Assembly (NCBI GenBank): GCA_023898625.1
Contig: CP060231.1
Location: forward strand, 340,258 to 404,257
Length of the DNA stretch: 64,000 nucleotides
Reading direction: 5' to 3'
Source: Candidatus Nomurabacteria bacterium
Lineage (GTDB): Bacteria; Patescibacteriota; Saccharimonadia; Saccharimonadales; JAGQNJ01
In this document: one piece after another, positions 8,735 to 18,017 of the stretch
Layout of the letters: each line of letters opens with the position of its first letter
How positions within the stretch are numbered: the stretch's first letter is position 1
Notes under the pieces: model-generated
Told to the model about the DNA's origin: nothing
The model's input: the letters and a program-made list of their open reading frames with translations, nothing else
Databases searched by the model: none
Translations under genes and position numbers: made by a program

Positions 8735-10099
8735 TTATGCATATAGTCTCTCCTTAATTTGGTTTATAGACTCTCTAATATAACTATCGGCTGACATTTC
8801 TCGGCTAATCTTCTCAACAGAATGGAGGGCGGTAGTGTGGTCTTTTCGGCCCAATTCTCTAGCAATTATTGGGAAACTAAGATGTAGTTCACTCCTAAGA
8901 AGATACATTGCGATTTGCCTCGGTACCACAATATCTTTATCTCTTTTTGGGCCAAGGATTTCATCGGTTGTTATGTGAAAATATTTAGCGGTTTTTTCAA
9001 CAACTTGCTTTGAACTAATATGACGCGGCCTATTTTTTGTGTTACTAAGCAAGCTTTTAGCCATAGTAATATCTGGTGAAGTGCCACGCATTTCGCACAT
9101 AGCTAAAAGTTGATTTAATACCCCTTCTAACTCACGTATATTTGTTCGGACTCCTTGAGATAAGTACTCCACAACATCGCTAGGTAGTTCAATGCCACGA
9201 CTCTCTGCCTTGGTTTGTATGATAGCGCACCGCGTTTCAAAATCCGGAGTTTGCATATCTATGCTCATACCCCAAGCAAAACGAGATCGCAAGCGATCTT
9301 CAAGTGTAGGAATGTCTTTTGGTGGTTTATCGCTACTAATGATAATTTGCTTGTTTGCTTGATGAAGAGCGTTAAACGTATGAAAGAACTCCTCTTGAGT
9401 CTTCTCTTTCCCAGCAATGAACTGTATATCATCAATAATCAATACATCAGCCCCTCTGTAATATCCTGCAAAATCAGTATTCTTCTTGTATCTTATGGCA
9501 TCTAAAAATTCTTGCACAAACTGCTCAGTTGATACATAAACAACCCTTGCGCCAGAGTTTTTAGCAATGACCTCGTTACCAACCGCCTGTATTAGGTGGG
9601 TTTTTCCTATTCCTACCCCTCCATAGAGGAATAAAGGATTGTATTTTGTTCCTGGATTACTGGCAATTGCTTGACAGGCAGCATATGCTAGCTCGTTTGC
9701 CCCACCCACAATAAAAGTATCAAAGGTATAACGGGTGTTGAGCCCTTGTCTGTAGCTATGAGACAAGGCATTGTTGGCAGATACTGGATTATTTTTAGGC
9801 TTTTTGTCTTGTGTCAATATTACAGGTGAGTCATCTATTTTTTGATGTACCGCAGAAACAGGTACAATTTTGTATTCCACAGCTCTGGGCTTCATGCCAT
9901 TTTTTTCTAGCGTGGACTTTATTAGTGGGTCGTACTTTTTTTCTAATTGTTGTTTTATAAATATATTTCCAACACCAATTACAAACACGCCGTCTTTTTG
10001 TTTTACTATACGAGTGTTTTTAAACCAGGTGACAAAACTACCACGCGAAACAGACAGTTCTATTTCACCCAAAACAGCTTGCCATAGCGATTCTTGCAT
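8735..10099 (-). CDS. dnaA: Chromosomal replication initiator DnaA
   Basis: AAA+ Walker A GGVGIGKTHL, Walker B VLIIDDIQF, C-terminal DNA-binding signature GRKDHTTALHSVEKI. Confidence 0.96.
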   Translation of the reverse strand: MQESLWQAVLGEIELSVSRGSFVTWFKNTRIVKQKDGVFVIGVGNIFIKQQLEKKYDPLIKSTLEKNGMKPRAVEYKIVPVSAVHQKIDDSPVILTQDKKPKNNPVSANNALSHSYRQGLNTRYTFDTFIVGGANELAYAACQAIASNPGTKYNPLFLYGGVGIGKTHLIQAVGNEVIAKNSGARVVYVSTEQFVQEFLDAIRYKKNTDFAGYYRGADVLIIDDIQFIAGKEKTQEEFFHTFNALHQANKQIIISSDKPPKDIPTLEDRLRSRFAWGMSIDMQTPDFETRCAIIQTKAESRGIELPSDVVEYLSQGVRTNIRELEGVLNQLLAMCEMRGTSPDITMAKSLLSNTKNRPRHISSKQVVEKTAKYFHITTDEILGPKRDKDIVVPRQIAMYLLRSELHLSFPIIARELGRKDHTTALHSVEKISREMSADSYIRESINQIKERLYA

Positions 10100-10383
10100 T
10101 CAACCCTCTTCGTCTTAACAATTACTGGTTCATACTATAGCAATCAAGCAAGGGTTTTTCCACAGCCTTTTAAACAACACCAAAGTATTTAATAAAATCA
10201 TTCACCAAAGAAGTAAATTTTTCCACAAGATTTACAAACTTCTTTGAAATTGTGTAAAACTATTGAAAATCAGTGGATATCTTGATAAGATTATTGGGGT
10301 AAATATTGTTAATTATGCAATATGATCTCGTGACCAACGCGAGACTTTTATTTTTTAACTTAAAAAAGGTACAATATAAGAAT
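10100..10383. promoter_or_regulatory. Candidate oriC / divergent dnaA and rpmH promoter region
   Basis: Spacer between divergent dnaA and rpmH. Identical TTTTCCACA boxes at 10156-10164 and 10219-10227 (one mismatch to TTATCCACA). Inverted weaker box AGTGGATAT at 10272-10280. AT-rich stretches. Confidence 0.6.
10326..10356 (+). terminator. Terminator-like hairpin plus T-run inside the oriC spacer
   Basis: TCTCGTG (10326-10332) / CGCGAGA (10338-10344) form a 7-bp stem (one G-U) with loop ACCAA, followed by CTTTTATTTTTT. There is no upstream + strand gene to terminate. Confidence 0.3.
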
Positions 10384-10521
10384 ATGCCAAAAAGAACATT
10401 TCAACCGAAGAAGCGAAAAAGATCACGGGAACACGGGTTTTTTAAGCGCATGGCTACAAAAGCCGGACAAAAGGTTCTAAAACGACGGCGTCTAAAAGGC
10501 CGTAAAAAACTTTCAGCATAA
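10384..10521 (+). CDS. rpmH: 50S ribosomal protein L34
   Basis: [45 protein letters not shown] is a textbook L34. ATG at 10384 was chosen over the longer tracked ORF start at 10306. Confidence 0.95.
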   Translation: MPKRTFQPKKRKRSREHGFFKRMATKAGQKVLKRRRLKGRKKLSA

Positions 10522-10536
10522 GGCTTAGGCGAGGTT

Positions 10537-10878
10537 GTGATAAAAAAATCACATAGGTTTCATGGTCACAAAAGCCTAAGGTTTGTAATGTCAAAAGGTA
10601 GGGTTGTTAGAGACAACAACCTAGCGCTCAAGTATATCTACAACAACCAACATAACAAGTTTCGTGTGGCAGTGGTGGTTAGTAAAAAAGTCAGCAGATC
10701 CGCGGTGGTCAGGAACCGCATTAGAAGAAGAGTTTACGAGGCGGTTAGGTTACAGGAGACCCAAATCACTAAACCGATTGACCTAGTGTTTTTTGTATAT
10801 AGTCCAACACTTAAGGATATAGGATTTAACAATCTAGAAGAGAGCATCTCTAGATTGTTAAAAAATACGAACCGGTAA
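10537..10878 (+). CDS. rnpA: Ribonuclease P protein component
   Basis: Follows rpmH. GTG start. Basic protein with the RNR motif (VVRNRIRRRVYEA). Confidence 0.9.
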   Translation: MIKKSHRFHGHKSLRFVMSKGRVVRDNNLALKYIYNNQHNKFRVAVVVSKKVSRSAVVRNRIRRRVYEAVRLQETQITKPIDLVFFVYSPTLKDIGFNNLEESISRLLKNTNR

Positions 10879-10962
10879 TTCATCAGCTCGTTTAGTTGAG
10901 TAATTAATTATCAACAGGGGTTATTTCATGTTATTATATGATTTAGATGTTAAGGAAAACCA

Positions 10963-11898
10963 ATGTTTAATACTTTAATTGTTCAGCCAATTTTCAATAT
11001 CTTAGTTGCGATATATGCACTACTGCCAGGTCATAACTTTGGTGTGGCAATTGTAATATTCACCATTCTTATTAGGCTAGCGATGTGGCCACTGGTTAAG
11101 AAGCAACTTCATCATGCTAAAGCAATGCGAAAACTCCAGCCAGAGTTGAAACGAATAAAGAAAGCCTCAAAAGGAGACAAGGCCAAAGAATCGGCAATGG
11201 TTATGGAGCTCTATAAGGAACGGGAAATTAATCCGTTTTCATCGGTTGGTTTAATAATTTTGCAACTCCCAATAATCATCGCTTTATACAGTGCGATCAG
11301 TAAAATCGTTCACGACCCAAATATTATTAATACTTTTTCGTATCCATTTGTTCAACATTTGCCGTGGATGAAGGAGTTGCTGGCGGATCCTTCGAAATTC
11401 GATAACTCACTAGTTGGCATTATCGATCTATCCAAATCTGCAGTTCCTAAGGGTGGAGGAGCAATCTATATACCAGCACTAATTCTCGTGGTATTGAGCG
11501 CCATAGCCCAGTACTTCCAAGGAAAGCAACTAATGCCTCAATCTAGTGAATCGAAAAAACTAAGAGACATATTGCGCGAAGCCAGCGAGGGAAAACAAGC
11601 AGACCAAAGCGAAATGGCCGCCGCAACTGGCCGGTTTACACAATTTATGATTCCAGCTTTCGTATTGATATTTACGATTAGCTTGCCGGCAGCTTTGCCT
11701 TTATATTGGCTAACTACTAGCATAGTGGCAATTATCCAACAATCTAGGGTGCTACGAAAAGACGAAGAAGAGCTTGAGCAAAACATCAGCAAACCAAATA
11801 AGGATGGCGTCATCGAGGGAGAGGTTATTATTCCTAAAAAACCAAAACAAAAACCAGCAAAAACCTCCAAAAAAAGTAAGAAAAGGAGGAAGAAATGA
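10963..11898 (+). CDS. yidC: Membrane protein insertase YidC (short Gram-positive/Oxa1 type, Lys-rich C-tail)
   Basis: Synteny rnpA-yidC-jag. Conserved 'MWPLVKKQ...MRKLQPELKRIK' and 'YWLTTSIVAIIQQ'. C-terminal KKPKQKPAKTSKKSKKRRKK tail. Confidence 0.9.
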   Translation: MFNTLIVQPIFNILVAIYALLPGHNFGVAIVIFTILIRLAMWPLVKKQLHHAKAMRKLQPELKRIKKASKGDKAKESAMVMELYKEREINPFSSVGLIILQLPIIIALYSAISKIVHDPNIINTFSYPFVQHLPWMKELLADPSKFDNSLVGIIDLSKSAVPKGGGAIYIPALILVVLSAIAQYFQGKQLMPQSSESKKLRDILREASEGKQADQSEMAAATGRFTQFMIPAFVLIFTISLPAALPLYWLTTSIVAIIQQSRVLRKDEEELEQNISKPNKDGVIEGEVIIPKKPKQKPAKTSKKSKKRRKK

Positions 11899-12410
11899 CA
11901 ATTAATTCAACAACCAGCACAGACAAGGCGACGAACTTGAATGAATCGCTTGAAGAAGCAATACAATATTCTAAAAAATACCTTGAGGATATCATCTCTT
12001 TCTTTGGTTTAAATATAGATATTTACGCTACTGCTAGCGATGAAGAAGTTATTGAGCTTCATGTACCATCAACACACCTTAACGGGTTTTTAATTGGTCA
12101 AAAAGGCGACACTATGCGTTCGATGCAACAAATAATCTCGAGTGCCTTACGAAACCAACATTATGCCCATAACAGGGTTGTAGTTGATGTTGCGGACTAT
12201 AAAAAACAACGAGCAGATCGCCTAGCCGAAAAGGCCAAAGAATGGATTGAAGAGGTGCGGAGTGGTGGCAAGGATTATCACGTAAACCCAATGAGCCCAG
12301 CCGACAGAAGGGTTATTCATCAGGTGGCATCAGAGCACGGTTTAGCTACCGAATCTGTTGGTGAGGGGCGCGATAGACACGTAATTATTAAAGCAAATAA
12401 GAAGAGTTAA
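11895..12410 (+). CDS. jag: Jag/KhpB-type RNA-binding protein (KH + R3H domains)
   Basis: ATGA overlap with yidC. R3H signature PMSPADRRVIHQVASEHGLATESVGEGRDRHVII. Confidence 0.85.
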   Translation: MTINSTTSTDKATNLNESLEEAIQYSKKYLEDIISFFGLNIDIYATASDEEVIELHVPSTHLNGFLIGQKGDTMRSMQQIISSALRNQHYAHNRVVVDVADYKKQRADRLAEKAKEWIEEVRSGGKDYHVNPMSPADRRVIHQVASEHGLATESVGEGRDRHVIIKANKKS

Positions 12411-12419
12411 AACAGTAGC

Positions 12420-13520
12420 TTAACTATCCCCTAAAACTTGTTTATATACGTCGAGGGTTTCTTTGGCCATTTTTGACCAGGAGTATTTTTTTGATTGAGC
12501 ATAACCAGCCTTAATTAGCTGATCACGAAGTTTTTCGTCATCCAATACAGTGTTAATTTTATCTGCCATATCTTGCACATCAGTAGGATTGAAATATAAA
12601 GCCCCTTTGCCGTAAATTTCTGGTAAACACGTAGCGTTACTACTAACCAGCGGACAACCATGAACCATTGCTTCAAGCCCTGGCAACCCAAACCCCTCAC
12701 TTAACGAAGGCAAAACATAACACTCAGCGTTTTGATAAAGCCACTTCAGCTGGCTATCGTCGACAAATCCCAAAAACACTACACTATTGATAGATTTTTG
12801 GTCCACCAGGTTAATAATTTCCTGATATGCCAAATCTATCTTTCCCGCCAACACTAACACTAACTCTGGGTGTTTTTGTTGAACCAAGGCAAATGACTCA
12901 ACTAAATTACGAAGGTTTTTGTGTGGTTGAGCTCGACCAACATAAAGTAGGAACTGTTTATTTGTTAGTTTTTTAAAAGATTGTGGTGAGATAGATATCT
13001 TATCGGCAGATTCACGAGTTACGTTAATCTTGTCTTTACTAACACTATATTTTTTCATCAAATCATCTTTAATATACTGACTTGGAGTAAGTATCTTAGA
13101 GGATTTCTTACAAACAACATAATTCATCAGATTATATAACTGTTGCCGAAAGGCTTGAACAAAGCTATTTTGGTGTGTGTTTTTAAACCTGAGAGCGGTT
13201 AGGTCATGCATCATTGTTATAGTTTTTCCCGAAAGCAACAATGGTTGTTGTACCATACTAAAAAAAACCAAATCAGGCTTTAGATTTTTTATTTGTGCCA
13301 GTAAACCAAATTGTTCGCCAATACTAAAACTGCGAAAGTTTGATGTAGCAACCTGAAACGATGGTGCAATTTTTTCTATATAACCTTTTCGTTCTGGCGT
13401 GGTAATAACGGTTATTTTGTACTGTGGATTTAACAGATGAAGATGTTCAATAAGTTTGTCAGAATATCGACCAGTTGAAGTACCAGAAATACGATTATCT
13501 ATTACGATATGACGAGACAT
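12420..13520 (-). CDS. Glycosyltransferase family 4 (GT-B)
   Basis: C-terminal GT1/GT4 signature PSLSEGFGLPGLEAMVHGCPLVSSN. Confidence 0.85.
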   Translation of the reverse strand: MSRHIVIDNRISGTSTGRYSDKLIEHLHLLNPQYKITVITTPERKGYIEKIAPSFQVATSNFRSFSIGEQFGLLAQIKNLKPDLVFFSMVQQPLLLSGKTITMMHDLTALRFKNTHQNSFVQAFRQQLYNLMNYVVCKKSSKILTPSQYIKDDLMKKYSVSKDKINVTRESADKISISPQSFKKLTNKQFLLYVGRAQPHKNLRNLVESFALVQQKHPELVLVLAGKIDLAYQEIINLVDQKSINSVVFLGFVDDSQLKWLYQNAECYVLPSLSEGFGLPGLEAMVHGCPLVSSNATCLPEIYGKGALYFNPTDVQDMADKINTVLDDEKLRDQLIKAGYAQSKKYSWSKMAKETLDVYKQVLGDS

Positions 13521-13546
13521 AATAGATAGAATTATAGAGTAATAGC

Positions 13547-14881
13547 CTAAGAAGTGCTATTTTTGGCATGTTTCAGTTGTGACACAAAACCCAAGCCTAT
13601 ATTTAAACTTACTAGTGCCCACCAGGTTATTGGAACCGATTCTTCTGTCCATATAGGGATAAATAACCCAATGATTGCGATAGTGGCTAGCAGGGACCAA
13701 TATGCTTGTCGCGAGATTGGTGGACTAAACCATCTAATTTGTTGCCAAGTTGCAACCATGAAGGCCACGAATAACAACAAACCAACAACGCCTAGCTCTA
13801 GCCCATATTGTATATACGAGTTTTCTGTAACAACATACGCCCCAGAATTGTTATTGCTTAGTCTTCCTGCTGGGCTGGCATATCCATGACCCCGACCTAG
13901 AGGATTAGAAACAAATAACCTCATATTGCTACCATAACTTTTTAATCTAAGCTCCGTGGATCCATTAGCTTGATTATCTGTCTGATGAAGTAGTAAAGAT
14001 CTACCAACTGGGGAAAGCGTAACGGCAGAAATACCTAACAAGGCCACAACAACACTCAACACCAACACAATACGAGCTTTGTGATTCGATAATAATAGAT
14101 GTCTGTTAACAAACACGTACCAGCCAGCAAGTATTAATAACCCAATCCACGCGCCTCGCGAAAATGACCATACAACACCAAGCGCTACAATTGATAGAAC
14201 CAAATACCGATTACGTTTTAATAGCTTTACTTGATTAAATAACACCAAAGCAAACGGGATTAATAAATATACACCCAAAGAATTTGGGCTACGAAATCCA
14301 GCCTGCATGCGTTTTATTGGAAGGTTTGCGCTGACTAAGTATTGCGCACCTGGCCTTCCTGGTCTATCTATACCAGACGCATCATAGCCAAGGCCGGTTA
14401 GGTATCTTGGTGGTAATAGAACCATGACTATTCCCAAAACCACACTAATCACACCGCAGACTACAACTAGTCTGCTAACGTCGTTAATCAGTTGTTTTTT
14501 ATAGATTAATCCCAACAGCGCTCCAGATAGTACTACTCCAACAAACCGAACATTAAGCACAAAACCCACAAAACTAACTGGATTTATTCCTTTGATTAGC
14601 AAAAATATCCCACAGTATATTGTAAAAGCCAGCAGACTGATACCAAATGCACTACCTAAACCCTTCATGAATTTAGAGCGATATTCCTTGTGTCTTGCAA
14701 GGATAATTATTGAAAGTAGTGTTAAAAGCACAATAATAACCTCTTCAAAACTACTACTCAACAAAATATTATTAATCTTAGAATCAATAATGGTTGTAAG
14801 TAGTGCCGAAAACGGAATAATTGCTACAAAAAAAAGAAAACAATATTTCAGAAATATCGAATCACGACTGATATTACTCAT
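13547..14881 (-). CDS. O-antigen ligase/polymerase-like (Wzy_C-type) polytopic membrane protein
   Basis: About 10-12 hydrophobic segments. Loop 'WSFSRGAWIGLLILAGW' is typical of the O-antigen ligase family. Lies in a glycan-locus context. Confidence 0.7.
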   Translation of the reverse strand: MSNISRDSIFLKYCFLFFVAIIPFSALLTTIIDSKINNILLSSSFEEVIIVLLTLLSIIILARHKEYRSKFMKGLGSAFGISLLAFTIYCGIFLLIKGINPVSFVGFVLNVRFVGVVLSGALLGLIYKKQLINDVSRLVVVCGVISVVLGIVMVLLPPRYLTGLGYDASGIDRPGRPGAQYLVSANLPIKRMQAGFRSPNSLGVYLLIPFALVLFNQVKLLKRNRYLVLSIVALGVVWSFSRGAWIGLLILAGWYVFVNRHLLLSNHKARIVLVLSVVVALLGISAVTLSPVGRSLLLHQTDNQANGSTELRLKSYGSNMRLFVSNPLGRGHGYASPAGRLSNNNSGAYVVTENSYIQYGLELGVVGLLLFVAFMVATWQQIRWFSPPISRQAYWSLLATIAIIGLFIPIWTEESVPITWWALVSLNIGLGFVSQLKHAKNSTS

Positions 14882-14915
14882 CGGTATTAATTATGCACCA
14901 ATAGTTTTACAACAA

Positions 14916-15890
14916 CTAATTAATCTTTGGTATTTTGAGGGGTTTGCTTTTATACAATATGCCATCGATATACTCGGTACTTACAGTAAGATTGCCTTGA
15001 ATTTTCTTACGTTGCTGACGAGTATTCGGAAGCAACACAAAAGACTTCGCAACACCCTTAATAAACGACCCGATATGGTGATCTCTGATTGCTCCTCCAA
15101 GCATACGTAGAAGGCCATACAAAAACAATGGTTTATATTTCCAAAAAAGACTACCAGGCATATTTTTATTAAAAAGTAAGGTAAAGTTCTTGGTGCTATG
15201 ATAACGGGAAAACCCACCCAACCTAGCACTAGTTGCTGACACATGATGATAGGCTACTGCACCTGGTTCATACCAGACCTTCCAGCCAGCTAGTTGGGCC
15301 CGAAAGCTAATGTCTACATCTTCATAGTAGGCAAAAAACCTTTCGTCAAACAATCCAATTTCTTTGAGCATTGCCGTGCGATAAAGTGATGCTCCACCTG
15401 TGGCACCAAACACATACTCAGCAGTATCATATTGACCTTTATCTAATTGGTTTCTCCCCCTAGGAAAAGGTATTCCCCAAACGGTATAAAAATCACCAGT
15501 ACTATCGATATGCTTTTTGTCCATGCGCATAAATTTGCCGGTAATAATGCCTGCCTCTTTATGGTTATCTCCGGCAGTGACCAGGTTTTTTAACCAATCC
15601 TTGCTAGCAACAGCATCGTTATTAAACAGTGCTACGTATTCATAATCATTCATTATAGCCCAGTCAATGCCTTTATTAACCCCACCAGCAAAACCTAGAT
15701 TAGTTTTTTGTAGCAACAACTCAACATTAGGAAACCTATCTTTAATTATTTGAACAGAATCATCCACCGAACCGTTATCTACTACCACAATCTTAGGCTT
15801 AAAGGTTTGTTTTTCTAATGACCGTAAACACTCAACAATAAAGTCTTGACCATTCCAATTAGGTATTACTACAACAACTTTAGTTTTCAT
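14916..15890 (-). CDS. Glycosyltransferase family 2 (rhamnosyltransferase-like)
   Basis: MKTKVVVVIPNWNG...VVVDNGSVDDS...FNNDAV GT-A signature. ATG at 15890 is preferred; the tracked ORF extends to GTG at 15899. Confidence 0.85.
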   Translation of the reverse strand: MKTKVVVVIPNWNGQDFIVECLRSLEKQTFKPKIVVVDNGSVDDSVQIIKDRFPNVELLLQKTNLGFAGGVNKGIDWAIMNDYEYVALFNNDAVASKDWLKNLVTAGDNHKEAGIITGKFMRMDKKHIDSTGDFYTVWGIPFPRGRNQLDKGQYDTAEYVFGATGGASLYRTAMLKEIGLFDERFFAYYEDVDISFRAQLAGWKVWYEPGAVAYHHVSATSARLGGFSRYHSTKNFTLLFNKNMPGSLFWKYKPLFLYGLLRMLGGAIRDHHIGSFIKGVAKSFVLLPNTRQQRKKIQGNLTVSTEYIDGILYKSKPLKIPKIN

Positions 15891-15893
15891 ACT
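15865..15893. repeat. Left copy of perfect 29-bp direct repeat ATTACTACAACAACTTTAGTTTTCATACT (covers the GT2 start codon and first 9 codons)
   Basis: Identical 29-mer at 18807-18835. Flanks diverge immediately on both sides. Confidence 0.95.
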
Positions 15894-16219
15894 AAGCACC
15901 AGTTTAGTACAAAAAACTGATTTTTCTATAATAATTAGTATATTATTAGGGTTTTCAAATAGACATATTGTTATGATGAGTACAGTTTACTTACTTAAAT
16001 AATACACACCAAAAGATAAACACAAACTTATACTGCGATACCCATGCTATCAATTTTTAATATAACCTGTTAACTTTACTTTATCTTCTCCTTTCTTTTT
16101 ATATAAATATAAAGAAGAAATAATGAAAAGAGTGGCATGGGGTTGTTTATATATTAATAGGGTGTATTATTTCGTTAAATATATGAATAGTAGCTTTGAT
16201 AGTTATATTGGTATCACAT

Positions 16220-17056
16220 ATGAGTACAGTTAAGTATCGTAGACCACTCAATGGTCAGCAGACTGAAACGTTGAACATACTGTATTGGTATCGTTTTTGT
16301 ACCGCCAAGCAGTTAGCTCATACACTGGGAAAATCGAGCCAGAAAGCTATACAAAACAAACTTCAAGTACTAGAAGCTCAAGGTTTCATTGATAAACGCT
16401 ACGACAAAAGCTATAAACTAGCTGGCAGACCTGCTGAGTACTTCATAACACCAAAAGGTGCTCGTGAGCTGGAAAGACTCAAGCCCGGTGTTACTAACAA
16501 GTGGGCAACCAAAAGCTTGTACAAGAACAAGACGGTGTCTGATGACTTTTTGAGACATTGCATCACTGTCACCGAAATAGCCAAAAAGCTTCGTGAAATA
16601 TTTGGCAACATACATAAAATGTACATACTACCCAAAAGTTATATAGCACAGTACGGCTACTATCCTGCTTGGACACCAGATCTTCATCTTGAGATACCAG
16701 GCAGAGGCAGTACACCATCCAAACACTACTTCGTTGATATTTGGGATGGCACTAAGCCATTCTTTGTTAGCGTCAGAAAAACTAGGAACTACGTGAACTT
16801 CAAAGATAGTGAGCAGTGGCAGGAAAAAGAACAGTTTCCTGTAATTGTAGCCATCTGCCAAGATGAGAAAAATCAAAAAAAGCTTAATAAGCAAATAAAG
16901 CGCATTTTGGATGACCAGTGGGACGAGGAATTGTTATTTGCTACTACTACGTTAGATAAGCTTCAGCAGGCCACACACCCCACCGACAAGATTTGGAGCA
17001 AGATACTTACGGATGAAGACGCCGAAGAAATGAGCTTAAGAAGTTTGTTGCTATAA
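16220..17056 (+). CDS. Winged-helix protein resembling the plasmid replication-relaxation (Replic_Relax) family
   Basis: 'LNILYWYRFCTAKQLAHTLGKSSQKAIQNKLQVLEAQGFIDKRY' (wHTH), then 'FLRHCITVTEIAKKL' and 'WTPDLHLEIP', follow the pattern of that family. ATG at 16220 is preferred over TTG at 16196. Confidence 0.5.
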   Translation: MSTVKYRRPLNGQQTETLNILYWYRFCTAKQLAHTLGKSSQKAIQNKLQVLEAQGFIDKRYDKSYKLAGRPAEYFITPKGARELERLKPGVTNKWATKSLYKNKTVSDDFLRHCITVTEIAKKLREIFGNIHKMYILPKSYIAQYGYYPAWTPDLHLEIPGRGSTPSKHYFVDIWDGTKPFFVSVRKTRNYVNFKDSEQWQEKEQFPVIVAICQDEKNQKKLNKQIKRILDDQWDEELLFATTTLDKLQQATHPTDKIWSKILTDEDAEEMSLRSLLL

Positions 17057-17243
17057 TAAATAATATTATGGCAAATTATAATGTCACCCTCCTTATATAA
17101 TGAACACACTGTGTGTAGCAACCAGGTATAATTACATTGCGAATTATAACAAAAATAACAGAGGAGGTCAACATTATGTACCAAATTCTTGCACAAAAAT
17201 GTAGCATAAGTTATACTGTAAGGTATAAATTGAAAGGTTCATC

Positions 17244-18017
17244 ATGGATTTCAGCAAGACAATCATAACACTGCGCAACAAGGCAGGTCTGAGTCAACAA
17301 GACGTGGCAGATAAGCTACAAATGGCACGGGCAACCTATGCCAACTTAGAGTTAGGCAAGAGACAACCGGATCTGAGTCAGATTAATGCCATCGCTGAGT
17401 TTTATCAGATTTCTCCACCTGATTTAATTACAGGCAAAGTGCCGGTAGAACAAGCTGTTGAACCAGTTAGTTTCAGCAGGCCCAGTTTAGAGCCTAGAGA
17501 AACAATACAGGTTGTTGACCATAACAAACTGCGTGAGGTGCTCTCTTATGTTCTTGAAAAAGTCGGTGCTAAACCAAATGTAGGTGAAACTGTTCTATAC
17601 AAATTGCTATACTTCATAGATTTTGATTACTACGAAAAATACGGTAAGTCCATAACCGGTTTAACTTACATCCACAATCATTACGGCCCATCACCTGTGG
17701 CAGAATTCAAGAGTGTTGTTGAGGGCATGAAGAACAAAGGCGAGCTTGAGGTTGTTGAAACCAATTTCTTTAAGAATAAGCAGAAGAAATACTTGCCAAC
17801 AAAGCCAGTACTGTTTGATGGCCTGTCTGCGCGCGAGCTCAGACACATAGATGAAACACTTGCCCGCTTGAGCGATAAGACGGCCAAGGAGCTAACAGAG
17901 TTATCGCACTATGATACGCCATGGGTGGTGGCGGGTCAGGGCAAACCGCTCGATTACCGGTATGTGTTTTACCGTACCAAACTAACTGCTGTCACCGAGC
18001 CAGAAGATGAACTTTAA
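17244..18017 (+). CDS. XRE-family HTH fused to a Panacea (DUF4065/SocA-like) antitoxin domain
   Basis: N-terminus 'LRNKAGLSQQDVADKLQMARATYANLELGKRQP' (HTH_XRE). C-terminus 'VLYKLLYFIDFDYYEKYGKSITGLTYIHNHYGPSP' (DUF4065 core). 11-nt overlap with the downstream small gene. Confidence 0.75.
   Translation: MDFSKTIITLRNKAGLSQQDVADKLQMARATYANLELGKRQPDLSQINAIAEFYQISPPDLITGKVPVEQAVEPVSFSRPSLEPRETIQVVDHNKLREVLSYVLEKVGAKPNVGETVLYKLLYFIDFDYYEKYGKSITGLTYIHNHYGPSPVAEFKSVVEGMKNKGELEVVETNFFKNKQKKYLPTKPVLFDGLSARELRHIDETLARLSDKTAKELTELSHYDTPWVVAGQGKPLDYRYVFYRTKLTAVTEPEDEL

Noticed and set aside
8515-8742. 75-aa ORF in the dnaN-dnaA spacer
   Set aside because: It has Cys/Phe/Asn-rich nonsense-like composition, overlaps the dnaA stop and the DnaA-box region, and has no SD. 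It is better explained as non-coding origin-associated DNA.
10306-10383. 5' extension of the rpmH ORF (71-aa version)
   Set aside because: The canonical L34 sequence begins at the internal ATG at 10384. The extension covers the oriC spacer and the terminator-like hairpin.
15924-15934. TTCTATAATAA just outside the left direct repeat, also present just outside the right repeat (18847-18857)
   Set aside because: It is an 11-mer containing a TATAAT -10 hexamer in AT-rich DNA, and the distances to the 29-bp repeat differ (30 vs 11 nt). It is most likely two independent promoters, not an extension of the att-like repeat.
15976-15987. 12-mer ATGAGTACAGTT duplicated at 16220-16231 (the start of the wHTH gene)
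   Set aside because: Tempting as a duplicated gene start, but roughly a hundred chance 12-mer repeats are expected in 64 kb (N^2/2 divided by 4^12), and the flanks do not match.
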